A stretch of DNA of 64,000 nucleotides from an uncultured Gemmatimonadales bacterium (GTDB lineage: Bacteria; Gemmatimonadota; Gemmatimonadetes; Longimicrobiales; RSA9): positions 384,001 to 448,000 of the forward strand of contig CAWAMW010000017.1 in the NCBI GenBank assembly GCA_963783305.1. The letters are read 5' to 3'. The position numbers were made by a program, and so were the translations under genes. Positions 9,385-18,968 of this stretch are shown in pieces (the stretch's first letter is position 1; every line of letters begins with the position of its first letter). The notes beneath the pieces were generated by a model. The model ran no database searches. It was given only the letters and a program-made list of their open reading frames with translations, and was not told where the DNA came from.

Positions 9385-10794
9385 ATGCGGTCGCTCCGTC
9401 TCAGCCTGGCGGTGCAGGCGGCGCTGGGGATGACCGCGGCGCTCGCGGTGGTGTCGCTGGCTGTGGTCCTCTCCATGCGCGAGTTCCTGGATCGCGAGCT
9501 GAACGCCAACCTCATCAACGTGGCGTCGATCCAGGCGGCGGCGGCGACGGACGAGCCGGGCGGTGGGATGACGTTCCACGAGTGGGAGCTGACGCCGGAG
9601 GAAGCGACGCAGATCCGGGAGCTGAACCGGTTCGCCCAGATCTGGAGCGCGGACGGGGAGAGCCTTCTGCGCAGCCGGTTCGCCACGCGGGACCTGCCGC
9701 TGGACACGATGGCGCTTCGACGGGCGTCCGCGGGCAGCCTGGTGATCGTGGAGCAGGAGTACATGGACATGCCCATCCGCTCCCTCTACTACCCGCTGGA
9801 GCGGCTCGGGCCGCTGCACGCGCACCACGTGCTGCAGGTGGCCGCGCCGATGGAGGGCCGCAACCAGCTTCTCGAACGGCTGGGGCGCCTTCTCGCGATG
9901 GTCACCGCGCTGGTGGGACTGGCCACCTTCGTGGGTGCGTGGTGGTTCGCCCGCCGGATGGTGAAGCCGGTGAACGAGATCATCGATCAGGCGGAAGGGC
10001 TGGAGGCTCACACCCTCGACCGCCGCATCGACGCCCACGCGGACCTGCGGGAATACGGGCGTCTCGTCCGGGTGCTGAACGTGATGCTCGCCCGGCTGGA
10101 CCACGCATTCGACGCCCAGCGCCGCTTCACCGCCGACGCCAGCCACGAGCTGCGGAGTCCGCTGACGGCGCTCCGAGGCGAGATCGAGCTGGCGCTGCGG
10201 CGCGAGCGTGACCCGGGTGAGTACCGTCGGGTCCTCGGCAGCAGCCTGCAGGAGGTCGAGCGGCTTTCCCAACTCACGGAAGACCTCCTCACCCTCGCCC
10301 GCTCCGACGCCGGTGTGATCCAGCCGCGCCTCCAGCGTTCCGACGTGCTCGAGCGCGCCGAGCACGTGCTGGGGCGCCTCCAGGCAAAGGCGGAGGAGAA
10401 GGGGCTCGAGCTCCGCTTCGACGCCCACGGCGACACCGACGGGATCTTCGACCCGGGGCTGATCGACCAGCTCCTGTGGAACCTGGTGGACAATGCGGTG
10501 AAGTTCACGCCGGTTGGCGGCACCCTCGAGGTCGGGGTGCGAGGTGGGGAGGATCATGTGGAGATCCGTGTAGCCGACACGGGCCCGGGGATCCCGGCCG
10601 CCGACCTGGACCGCGTCTTCGAGCGGTTCTACCGCGGCGACGTTTCCCGCACACCGCACACGGACGAGTCGGGGACGGGGCTGGGATTGTCCATCGTGAA
10701 GGCCATTGTGGACGTCCACGGCGGCACGGTGCGCGCCGGAAACCGGCCGGAGGGCGGGGCCGAGCTCGTCGTTCGGCTGCCGCGGGCGCCCTGA
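9385..10794 (+). CDS. Heavy-metal sensor histidine kinase (CusS-like)
   Basis: Two TM segments, HAMP, ASHELRSPL, NLVDNAVKF, DTGPGI, GTGLGL. Periplasmic HAHH. Confidence 0.92.
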   Translation: MRSLRLSLAVQAALGMTAALAVVSLAVVLSMREFLDRELNANLINVASIQAAAATDEPGGGMTFHEWELTPEEATQIRELNRFAQIWSADGESLLRSRFATRDLPLDTMALRRASAGSLVIVEQEYMDMPIRSLYYPLERLGPLHAHHVLQVAAPMEGRNQLLERLGRLLAMVTALVGLATFVGAWWFARRMVKPVNEIIDQAEGLEAHTLDRRIDAHADLREYGRLVRVLNVMLARLDHAFDAQRRFTADASHELRSPLTALRGEIELALRRERDPGEYRRVLGSSLQEVERLSQLTEDLLTLARSDAGVIQPRLQRSDVLERAEHVLGRLQAKAEEKGLELRFDAHGDTDGIFDPGLIDQLLWNLVDNAVKFTPVGGTLEVGVRGGEDHVEIRVADTGPGIPAADLDRVFERFYRGDVSRTPHTDESGTGLGLSIVKAIVDVHGGTVRAGNRPEGGAELVVRLPRAP

Positions 10795-10869
10795 TCCGCT
10801 GATCCGCCGCACCGGAGCACACACCGCCTCACAGCGGCCCCGACCACCCCGGGCGGCGCTGCCTGGTTT

Positions 10870-10925
10870 CCTAAGGACATCTTCATAGACGCTTCACCGC
10901 GACTTCACCCCCCCGGTGCGAAGTT
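10870..10925 (+). promoter_or_regulatory. Tandem 11-bp-phased CTTCA boxes (probable OmpR-family operator) plus a weak -10
   Basis: CTTCA at 10881, 10892 and 10903, CCTAA at 10870, and GAAGTT 11 nt after the last box. Confidence 0.65.
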
Positions 10926-10943
10926 CCCGCCGTAACAGAAACG

Positions 10944-12329
10944 ATGGACCAACGGCGGGAGGGATGGGGGATGGGGAAGATCGCGCTACGACGAAGCGGA
11001 GGGAGCGCGGCCGTAGCGCTGCTCCTGATCGCCGGCGGCGCCGGAGCGCAGACACCCGGGTCCCCAGCTGACTCTGGTGCGACGACACTCGCCGAGCCGG
11101 CTGGCGCTCCGCTACGCCTGGCCCAGGTCTACGAGCTGGCCCGGGAGCGGAGCCCGAGGCTGAGGGCTGCAGCCGCGCTGGCCGACGCCACCAAGACGCG
11201 GGAGGCGTCGGCCGGGCTGCCCCCGGACCCTACACTCCAGCTCGGCGTGATGAACCTCTCCGTGCCAGGCCTCGCCGCCGATATGCCCACGTCCATGGTG
11301 CCATCCGTCCAGGCCATGCAGATGCTGCCGTTCCCCGGGAAGCTGGGCCTCAGGGAGCGGATCGCGGAGCAGGCGACGGCGATGGCCCGGGCGAGCGCGG
11401 AGGAGACATGGTGGGATGTCCGAACCATGGCTGCAGCCGCCTTCTTCGGCATCTACGAGGTCGACCGGAAGCTGGACGTGATGCGTGAGACACTGGGGCT
11501 GCTGCAGGACTTCCAGCAGGTGGCCCAGGCCATGTACTCGGCGGGCACCGGCCGACAGAGCGATGTCCTTCGCGCCACGGTGGAGGTGGCCCGGATGGAC
11601 GCCGAGATCCAGAGGATGGTGGCCCTGCGGAAGGCCGCCGTAGCTCGCCTGAACGCCCTTCTCGACAGGCCGGCGGACACGCCGATCCCGAGCGTGGCGC
11701 TCCCCGCTCCGGCCGCCCTCGCGGGGTCACTGGATCCGGCGGCGCTGCGCGAATGGGCGGAGGGAAGCCGACCGCTGCTGCTCCGCTCGCGGACCGGGCT
11801 GGAGCAGGCGCGAACTCGCGAGGAGCTGGCCCGGAAGCAGATCTGGCCGGACCTGAGCCTGGGTGTGCAGTACGGCCAGCGCAACGCCGGGGCCATGGGC
11901 ACCGAGCGGATGGGGAGCGCGATGGTGGGCTTCAGCATCCCGGTCTTCGCGAAGAGTCGCCAGTTGAGGGAACGGGACGAGGCCGCAGCGATGGAGGCAA
12001 TGGCGGAGGCGGAGCTGAGGAACGTGAGGGCGCAGGTGGACGCGCGCATTGGCGAGCTGCAGGCGGAGCTGGAGCGGGTCCGGTCGTTGGTCGATCTCTA
12101 CGCGGACGAGGTGCTCCCGCAGGCGGACGCCAACGTGGAATCCTCCCTGGCTTCCTACCGGGTCGGCGATGTCGACTTCATGACCCTCGTCGATTCGCAG
12201 ATGACGGCGAACCGATACGAACAGGAGTTCTACACGCTGCTGGCCGACCACGGTCGCGCGGTGGCGCAGCTGGAAATGACGGTCGGGCGGGACCTCCCGA
12301 CGGCCGAACCGATGTCGGAGGCCCCATGA
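10944..12329 (+). CDS. TolC-family outer-membrane efflux protein (CusC-like)
   Basis: Signal peptide, OEP heptad repeats, PFPGK, Met-rich loops. First gene of a CBA operon. Start may be 10971. Confidence 0.9.
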   Translation: MDQRREGWGMGKIALRRSGGSAAVALLLIAGGAGAQTPGSPADSGATTLAEPAGAPLRLAQVYELARERSPRLRAAAALADATKTREASAGLPPDPTLQLGVMNLSVPGLAADMPTSMVPSVQAMQMLPFPGKLGLRERIAEQATAMARASAEETWWDVRTMAAAAFFGIYEVDRKLDVMRETLGLLQDFQQVAQAMYSAGTGRQSDVLRATVEVARMDAEIQRMVALRKAAVARLNALLDRPADTPIPSVALPAPAALAGSLDPAALREWAEGSRPLLLRSRTGLEQARTREELARKQIWPDLSLGVQYGQRNAGAMGTERMGSAMVGFSIPVFAKSRQLRERDEAAAMEAMAEAELRNVRAQVDARIGELQAELERVRSLVDLYADEVLPQADANVESSLASYRVGDVDFMTLVDSQMTANRYEQEFYTLLADHGRAVAQLEMTVGRDLPTAEPMSEAP

Positions 12330-13642
12330 GCAACAGGAAGCAGATCATCGTATCCGTGATTCTCCTCGTCCTGGCGGGCGGGGGTGTGGGACTCTACAGC
12401 GCGTGGGCATCGCCGGCGGAGACCTCGACGGGGATGGAGGGACACAACCACGCCGCCATGGGTGGCGGCGGCGAGGGGGATCAGCTCAACCCGGTGCGGC
12501 TGACGGAGAGCGCGGCGCGGGCCATCGGCGTCACCTACGCGACCGTGGCACGGCGGGCGATCGATCGGGAGGTCCGGACGGTCGGGACTGTCGAGTTTGA
12601 CGAGACGCGGCTCGCGAACCTCAACCCCAAGATCGAGGGGTGGGTGGAGCGTCTGCACGTGGACTTCACCGGGGCGCCCGTCCGAAAGGGCCAACCGCTC
12701 CTCGAGCTGTACAGCCCCATGCTGGTGGCGGCACAGGAGGAACTGATCCTGGCGCGTCGACTGGCGGATGAGGCGACCGGCGAGCGCGCGATGCGGAACG
12801 CGCAGACGCTGCTGGAGTCATCGCGCCGTCGGCTGTCGTACTGGGACATCCCCTCCGAGCAGATCGCGCGGATCGAAAAGACGGGCCAGCCCACGAAGAC
12901 CCTGACGCTGCGCTCGCCCGCGAGCGGGATCGTGGTGGAGAAGAACGTGGTGGAGGGGGGTCGGATCATGCCGGGGATGGACGTCTTCAAGATCGCCGAC
13001 CTCTCCACCGTCTGGGTGGAGGGCGAGGTGTTCGAGAAGGACCTCTCGCTGGCGACGGTGGGTCAGTCGGCGACGGTCTCCTTCGAGTCGTATCCGGGAG
13101 AAGTGTTCGATGGGGTGATCGCCTACGTCTATCCGAGCGTCTCCAGCAGCTCGCGCACCGGGCGGATCCGGATCGAGCTGGCCAACCCCGGGATCCGGCT
13201 CAGGCCCGGCATGTACGCCAACATCCGCCTGGCCGTCCCGGGAGGGACGCAGGGTCTGGCGATCCCCCGGAGCGCCGTTCTCTTCACGGGCGAGCGGGCG
13301 ATCGTCTTCGTGCGCCACGACAACGGCGTCCTCATTCCCCACGAGGTCACCACCGGCCTGGTCGCCGGCAACGACATCGAGATCCTGGCCGGGCTGGAGG
13401 AGGGCCAGCAGGTGGTGACGTCCGCCAGCTTCCTGATCGACGCCGAGTCCAACCTCGGCGCCTCCATGGGGGAGATGGACGCGGGAGCCGGCGGCTCCGT
13501 GGAGATCGACCACTCGCGGCACGGGAGCCCGGCTCCGGCGATGGACCATTCCGGGCACACGTCCGGGATGGACATGGACGGGGCGGAGCTGCCGGAGCAG
13601 TCCGACCCGGGTGGCCAGGGCGGTCACAGCGGGCACGAGTAG
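12326..13642 (+). CDS. cusB: RND periplasmic adaptor (CusB-like) with His/Met-rich termini
   Basis: ATGA overlap with the upstream gene. GWVERL, YSPML, LRPGMY, FLIDAES. Confidence 0.88.
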   Translation: MSNRKQIIVSVILLVLAGGGVGLYSAWASPAETSTGMEGHNHAAMGGGGEGDQLNPVRLTESAARAIGVTYATVARRAIDREVRTVGTVEFDETRLANLNPKIEGWVERLHVDFTGAPVRKGQPLLELYSPMLVAAQEELILARRLADEATGERAMRNAQTLLESSRRRLSYWDIPSEQIARIEKTGQPTKTLTLRSPASGIVVEKNVVEGGRIMPGMDVFKIADLSTVWVEGEVFEKDLSLATVGQSATVSFESYPGEVFDGVIAYVYPSVSSSSRTGRIRIELANPGIRLRPGMYANIRLAVPGGTQGLAIPRSAVLFTGERAIVFVRHDNGVLIPHEVTTGLVAGNDIEILAGLEEGQQVVTSASFLIDAESNLGASMGEMDAGAGGSVEIDHSRHGSPAPAMDHSGHTSGMDMDGAELPEQSDPGGQGGHSGHE

Positions 13643-13656
13643 GAGAGTCGCGGACC

Positions 13657-16600
13657 ATGCTGAATCGCATCATCGAATGGTCGGTTTCGAACAAGTTCAT
13701 TGTGGCGATCTTCACCGCGTTCCTCGTGGCGGGAGGTGTCGCCGCCATGAGGAGCATGCCGCTGGAGGCGTTGCCGGACCTGAGCGATGTCCAGGTGATC
13801 GTCCGCACGGACTACTCGGGACAGGCACCGCAGATCATCGAGGACCAGGTCACGTATCCCATCGCCACGGAGATGCTGAAGGTGCCGGGCGCGGAAACGG
13901 TGCGGGGCTACTCCTTCTTCGGGACGTCGTTCGTCTACGTGATCTTCGACGATGGGACGGACCTGTACTGGGCCCGGAGCCGGGTGCTGGAGTACCTGTC
14001 CGCCATCCGCTCGAGGCTCCCCGACGGGGCCGAGTCCGAGCTCGGCCCGGATGCGACCGGCCTGGGCTGGGTCTACCAGTACGTCATCGAGGATGAGAGC
14101 GGAACGCGGTCGCTGGCGGACCTGAGGGCGTTTCAGGACTGGTACCTGCGCTACCAGCTGACGGCGGTCTCCGGCGTCAGCGAAGTGGCGACCGTGGGGG
14201 GGTTCGAGAAGACCTACCAGGTGACCGTGGATCCGGCGAAGCTCCGGGGCTACGGGATCCCGGTGACCCGTGTGATGAGCGCGGTGAAGGCGTCGAACCA
14301 GGACGTGGGCGCCATGATGATGGAGCAGAGCGAGCGGGAGTTCATCATCCGCGGGCTCGGCTACCTCGAGGGGATGGAGGACATCGAGAACGTGGTAGTG
14401 GGCGCCACGGTGGGCGGAACCCCCATCCGTGTGGCCGATGTGGCGAACGTGGAGCTGGCGCCGGACGTCCGGCGGGGTGTCGCGGACCTGAACGGCCGCG
14501 GTGATGTGGTGGGCGGGATCGTCGTCATGCGCTTTGGCGAGAACGCGCTGGCCACGATCGAGCGGGTGAAGGAGAAGCTGGCCGAGATCGCGCCGGGGCT
14601 GCCGGAGGGGATCGTGGTGAAGCCGGTTTACGACCGCTCAGGGTTGATCGTGGACGCGATCCACACGCTCAGGGAGAAGCTGCTGGAGGAGTCGCTGATC
14701 GTGGCGCTGGTTGCGATCATCTTCCTCTTCCATGCCCGGAGCGCGCTGGTGGCCATCCTCACGCTGCCGGTGGGCATCCTCATCGCCTTCATCGCCATGC
14801 GGGGGCTGGGTCTCGGCGCGGACATCATGAGCCTGGGGGGGATCGCCATCGCCATTGGCGCCATGATCGACGCGGCCATCGTCATGATCGAGAACATGCA
14901 CAAGCATCTCGAACGGGCGGTGGGGGAGAAGCGGAAAGCCGCCATCGCGCGTGGTGAGCCGGTTCCCGACGATGATCGGCTGCACACGAACATGCTGACC
15001 TCGCAGGAGCGCTGGCAGATCGTGGTGGACTCCTCGAAGGAGGTCGGGCCCGCCCTCTTCTTCAGCCTGCTCATCATCACGGTCAGCTTCCTCCCCGTGT
15101 TCGCCCTGGAGGCGCAGGAGGGGCGGATGTTCAAGCCGCTGGCATGGACGAAGACCCTCTCCATGGCGGCCGCCAGCCTCCTCGCGCTGACCCTGGTGCC
15201 GGTGACCATGGGGCTGTTCATCCGGGGACGGATCCACGCGGAGTCGAAGAACCCCGTCTCCCGGTTCCTGATCCGGATCTACAGGCCCGCGCTCACGTGG
15301 GTGCTGGCCCGCCGCTGGCCTGTGATCGCGGGTGCGGGCGCGATCCTGATCCTTACGTTCATCCCGTTCAGCCGGATCGGCAGCGAGTTCATGCCGCCGT
15401 TGAACGAGGGCAGCATTCTCTACATGCCCACTACGCTGCCGGGGGTGAGCATCGCCACCGCCCGGGAAACGCTGATCAAGCAGGACAGCATCCTGGCCTC
15501 GTTCCCGGAAGTGGAGAGCGTCTTCGGGAAGGCGGGTCGCGCCACGACGGCCACGGACCCGGCGCCGCTCGCCATGTTCGAGACCACGATCGTACTGAAG
15601 CCTGAGAGCGACTGGCGGGCCGGGCTGACGCACGAGAAGCTGGTGGAGGAGATGGACGCGGCACTGGACTTCCCGGGCGTGACCAACTCCTGGACCATGC
15701 CGATCAAGGGCCGCATCGACATGCTCGCCACGGGGATCCGCACGCCGGTGGGGGTCAAGGTCTTCGGTCCTGACCTGAACGAGCTGGCGCGCATTGCCAA
15801 GCGGGTGGAAGAAGCCGCAGCCATGGTGCCCGGCACCCGATCGGCGTTCGCGGAGCGGGCCGTCTCCGGCTACTACCTGGATGTGGATATCGACCGGGTC
15901 GCCGCGGCCCGATACGGCCTCAATACGCAGGACATCCAGATGGTGCTGGCGTCGGCCGTGGGCGGCATGCGGATCACCGAGACGGTGGAGGGTCGCGAGC
16001 GGTACGGCGTTCGCCTCCGCTATCCCCAGGAGCTGCGCGATCAGCCGGAGAAGCTCGCGGAGCTCCTGATCCCCGTGGGCTCCCTCCGCGGTGGTGGCGC
16101 CAGTGGTGGCGCCGGTGGTGGCGGGGCGATGAGCGGGATGGACATGGCCGGCGGCGGCGGCGCGGCGGCGGCGGGTGGGGCGCAGGTGCCGCTCGGCGCA
16201 GTGGCGACGATCCGTCGCGCCAGCGGGCCCATGGTGATAAAGACGGAAGGTGCGTTTCCCACCGCCTGGGTCTTCCTGGACGTGGCGGACCGCGACATCG
16301 GCGGCTACGTGGCGGACGCCAAGGCCATGGTCGACGAGATGGTCAAACTCCCCGCCGGCTACACGTTGGAATGGTCGGGGCAGTACGAGTACATGGAGCG
16401 GGCGAAGGCGAAGCTGCAGTATGTGGTGCCGGCCACGCTCCTGATCATCTTCCTTCTGCTCTATCTCAACTTCAGGAGCGTGGGTGAGACGATGATCGTC
16501 ATGCTCTCGCTGCCGTTCGCGCTCGTGGGCGGCGTCTTCTTCATGTGGCTGCTGGGCTACAACTGGTCCGTGGCCACGGTGATCGGCTTCATTGCACTGG

Positions 16601-17004
16601 CGGGAGTATCGGCGGAGACCGGCGTGATCATGCTGATCTATCTCGACATCGCGTGGCGGGAGCGGCTTCGGGCTAGCTCTCCGCCGAGTCTCCACGACCT
16701 GTATGACGCCATCATGCACGGTGCGGTCGAGCGTGTACGCCCGAAGATGATGACCGTGATGGCGATTACGGGCGGGCTCCTGCCGATCCTCTGGGGCCAC
16801 GGGACCGGCGCCAGCGTCATGAAGCGCATCGCGGCCCCCATGGTGGGCGGCATGGCCTCCTCCACCATCCTCACGCTCCTCGTGATCCCGGCGATCTACT
16901 CGCTCTGGCGGGAGTGGGAGCTCCGCCGGATGAGAGCGGTGGATGAGTCTCGAGAGGCCTCACCGGTAGAGGCGCAGCTGGGGGAGCCGGTGGCCGCAGG
17001 CTGA
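13657..17004 (+). CDS. cusA: CusA-family heavy-metal RND efflux transporter
   Basis: ALPDLSDVQV, GPDATGLGW, GAMIDAAIV, RVRPKMMT. Met triad LYMP / PLAMFET / WTMPI, typical of Cu(I)/Ag(I) pumps. Confidence 0.95.
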   Translation: MLNRIIEWSVSNKFIVAIFTAFLVAGGVAAMRSMPLEALPDLSDVQVIVRTDYSGQAPQIIEDQVTYPIATEMLKVPGAETVRGYSFFGTSFVYVIFDDGTDLYWARSRVLEYLSAIRSRLPDGAESELGPDATGLGWVYQYVIEDESGTRSLADLRAFQDWYLRYQLTAVSGVSEVATVGGFEKTYQVTVDPAKLRGYGIPVTRVMSAVKASNQDVGAMMMEQSEREFIIRGLGYLEGMEDIENVVVGATVGGTPIRVADVANVELAPDVRRGVADLNGRGDVVGGIVVMRFGENALATIERVKEKLAEIAPGLPEGIVVKPVYDRSGLIVDAIHTLREKLLEESLIVALVAIIFLFHARSALVAILTLPVGILIAFIAMRGLGLGADIMSLGGIAIAIGAMIDAAIVMIENMHKHLERAVGEKRKAAIARGEPVPDDDRLHTNMLTSQERWQIVVDSSKEVGPALFFSLLIITVSFLPVFALEAQEGRMFKPLAWTKTLSMAAASLLALTLVPVTMGLFIRGRIHAESKNPVSRFLIRIYRPALTWVLARRWPVIAGAGAILILTFIPFSRIGSEFMPPLNEGSILYMPTTLPGVSIATARETLIKQDSILASFPEVESVFGKAGRATTATDPAPLAMFETTIVLKPESDWRAGLTHEKLVEEMDAALDFPGVTNSWTMPIKGRIDMLATGIRTPVGVKVFGPDLNELARIAKRVEEAAAMVPGTRSAFAERAVSGYYLDVDIDRVAAARYGLNTQDIQMVLASAVGGMRITETVEGRERYGVRLRYPQELRDQPEKLAELLIPVGSLRGGGASGGAGGGGAMSGMDMAGGGGAAAAGGAQVPLGAVATIRRASGPMVIKTEGAFPTAWVFLDVADRDIGGYVADAKAMVDEMVKLPAGYTLEWSGQYEYMERAKAKLQYVVPATLLIIFLLLYLNFRSVGETMIVMLSLPFALVGGVFFMWLLGYNWSVATVIGFIALAGVSAETGVIMLIYLDIAWRERLRASSPPSLHDLYDAIMHGAVERVRPKMMTVMAITGGLLPILWGHGTGASVMKRIAAPMVGGMASSTILTLLVIPAIYSLWREWELRRMRAVDESREASPVEAQLGEPVAAG

Positions 17005-17059
17005 CGATCGGCCGGGGCATCGCTCGCAGGCGACGATCCCGTCCGCTAGCTTGGCGGCC

Positions 17060-17728
17060 ATGGCGCCACCCTCACAGCAGCGTCCGCCGGCGATCGCCGT
17101 ACGCGGGCTGACCGCGCCGGAGCCGGCATCCGGCCCGGCCATCCTCCGGGACGTGGACTTCGCCGTTCAACCGGGCGAGCGCGTCGTGCTCAGCGGTCCC
17201 TCGGGCTCCGGCAAGTCCACGCTCCTGCGCTGCATGGTCCTCCTTCAGCCCGCCGCCGGCGCCGTGCTGCTGGATGGCGAGCCGGTCGCTCCAGCGCGGG
17301 TTCGTGAGCTGCGCCGTCGCGTGGGCTACGTGGCACAACGGCCGGTGAGCGTCGGGGGGACCGTGTACGAGAACCTGTCGTTCCCGCGGCAGCTGCACGT
17401 CGACGCCATGACCGAAACAGCTCAGCGGGCGCTCCTCGCGCGCCTGGGGATGGGCGAGATCCCGGGCGATCGGCGTTTCGAGGAGCTCTCCGGCGGCGAG
17501 CAGCAGCGGGTGGCGCTCGTCCGTTCGCTCAGCGCCCGCCCGGAGGTACTCCTCCTGGACGAGCCCACGGCCAGCCTGGACCCGGAGAACGTGGGCGCGG
17601 TGGTGGAGGCGCTGGAACGGTGGCTGGAGGAGGAGCCCTCCCGCGCGCTGGTCTGGGTGAGCCACCACGCGCACCAGGTCGAAGGTCTGGCTACCCGCCG
17701 GGTCCCCATGAGGGAGCTGTCGCGGTGA
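17060..17728 (+). CDS. ABC transporter ATP-binding protein (FetA/YbbL-like)
   Basis: Walker A GPSGSGKS, LSGGEQQR, LLLDEPT. Coupled to a FetB-like permease. Confidence 0.88.
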   Translation: MAPPSQQRPPAIAVRGLTAPEPASGPAILRDVDFAVQPGERVVLSGPSGSGKSTLLRCMVLLQPAAGAVLLDGEPVAPARVRELRRRVGYVAQRPVSVGGTVYENLSFPRQLHVDAMTETAQRALLARLGMGEIPGDRRFEELSGGEQQRVALVRSLSARPEVLLLDEPTASLDPENVGAVVEALERWLEEEPSRALVWVSHHAHQVEGLATRRVPMRELSR

Positions 17729-18522
17729 ACGCGCCGCTGATCCAGCTGGGACCCTGGGACCTGGCGCTCGCCGCGCTCCTGCTGATCGTGCCCGCGGCCA
17801 TCAGCATAGGGCTCCGGCTGGGGCTGGAGCGCCGGCTGGCGCTGGCGGGCGTGCGCACGGTACTCCAGCTCGCCTTCATCGGCCTGGTGCTCGAGTGGGT
17901 CTTCGCCCTCGATCGCTGGTATTACGTCCTGCCGGTCCTCCTGCTCATGCTCGTGGCCGCCGCCCGCGCCGCCGTCCAGCGCCCGGAGCGGCGGTTCACC
18001 GGGGCGTACCTGGCCGCGTTCGCATCGCTGGTCCTGGCCACCGGGACGGTCACGTTCGTCTCCACCGAGCTGATCATCGGCGTGGAGTCCTGGTACCAGC
18101 CGCAGTACGTGATTCCGCTCCTCGGGATGCTGCTGGGCAACGGTCTGACCGGTATCAGCCTGTCCATGGACCGCCTGCTGAACGGTCTGGTGGAGCGGCG
18201 CGAGTCGGTGGAGGCGCGACTCGCCCTCGGCGCCTCCCTCTGGACCGCGGTGCAGCCGTGGGTCGCCGATGCTGTCCGGACGGGGCTGATCCCCATCATC
18301 AACGCCATGATGGTGGTGGGGCTCGTGAGCCTGCCGGGCATGATGACCGGCCAGATCCTGGCCGGGGCGGATCCCGGAGACGCGGTCGCCTACCAGATCC
18401 TGATCATGTTCATGATCGCCGGGGCGACCTCAATCGGGACCATCCTCCTCTGCCTCCTGGCGTACCGGTCGCTCGCGGATCCGTTCGAACGCATCCGTTG
18501 GGAGCGCATCAGCGGCGGGTGA
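17725..18522 (+). CDS. fetB: ABC permease, FetB/YbbM (UPF0014) family
   Basis: RTVLQL, IPLLGMLLGN, GLVSLPGMMTGQILAGADP..AV.YQ signature. GTGA overlap. Confidence 0.88.
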   Translation: MNAPLIQLGPWDLALAALLLIVPAAISIGLRLGLERRLALAGVRTVLQLAFIGLVLEWVFALDRWYYVLPVLLLMLVAAARAAVQRPERRFTGAYLAAFASLVLATGTVTFVSTELIIGVESWYQPQYVIPLLGMLLGNGLTGISLSMDRLLNGLVERRESVEARLALGASLWTAVQPWVADAVRTGLIPIINAMMVVGLVSLPGMMTGQILAGADPGDAVAYQILIMFMIAGATSIGTILLCLLAYRSLADPFERIRWERISGG

Positions 18523-18968
18523 CCGTTTCGGCCACTGGCACGGATTCGGCAACACTCCCACCCGACCGCAGCAACCGCCGATCAGCCGGGATATCCGTGT
18601 CGAGCACCAGAGCGAAACAGCCGTTACCCGTACGCCCAGCGACCTGCCCTGGCCGGGTGGCCGCGGGAGTCATCGCCGGCACCGCCGGCGCCCTGGCCAT
18701 GAGCCCCCTCATGAGCCGGCGGGCCACGCGGCGGCGGCCGCGGCGGTTCCATCTGCGCGAGTTCCCACCGCGCCTCGCGGTGGCCGCAACGGGTGAATAC
18801 GCCACACCCGGCGGGTGCCTGCCGCGCTCCATCGAGGGCGCCCTGACCGGGCCCGCGAAGATCCCGTTTCCGTTCGCGGCCCACCTCGTCTTCGGGATTA
18901 CGACCGCGGCACTGCACGAGGCGCTCACGGCCCGCCTGACCCGCACGAGGTACCGGAGGTGCCGATGA
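18519..18968 (+). pseudogene. Possible internally deleted membrane-protein remnant or small hypothetical protein
   Basis: Two hydrophobic segments (AAGVIAGTAGALAM, AAHLVFGITTAAL) joined by low-complexity sequence. The stop overlaps the Slt start. Start uncertain. Confidence 0.35.

Noticed and set aside
8635..10824. 729-aa minus-strand ORF and similar long shadow ORFs (14638-16800, 28004-30604, 41139-43412, 43593-45959)
   Set aside because: They lie antisense to well-supported genes, have no motifs, and are expected in high-GC DNA.
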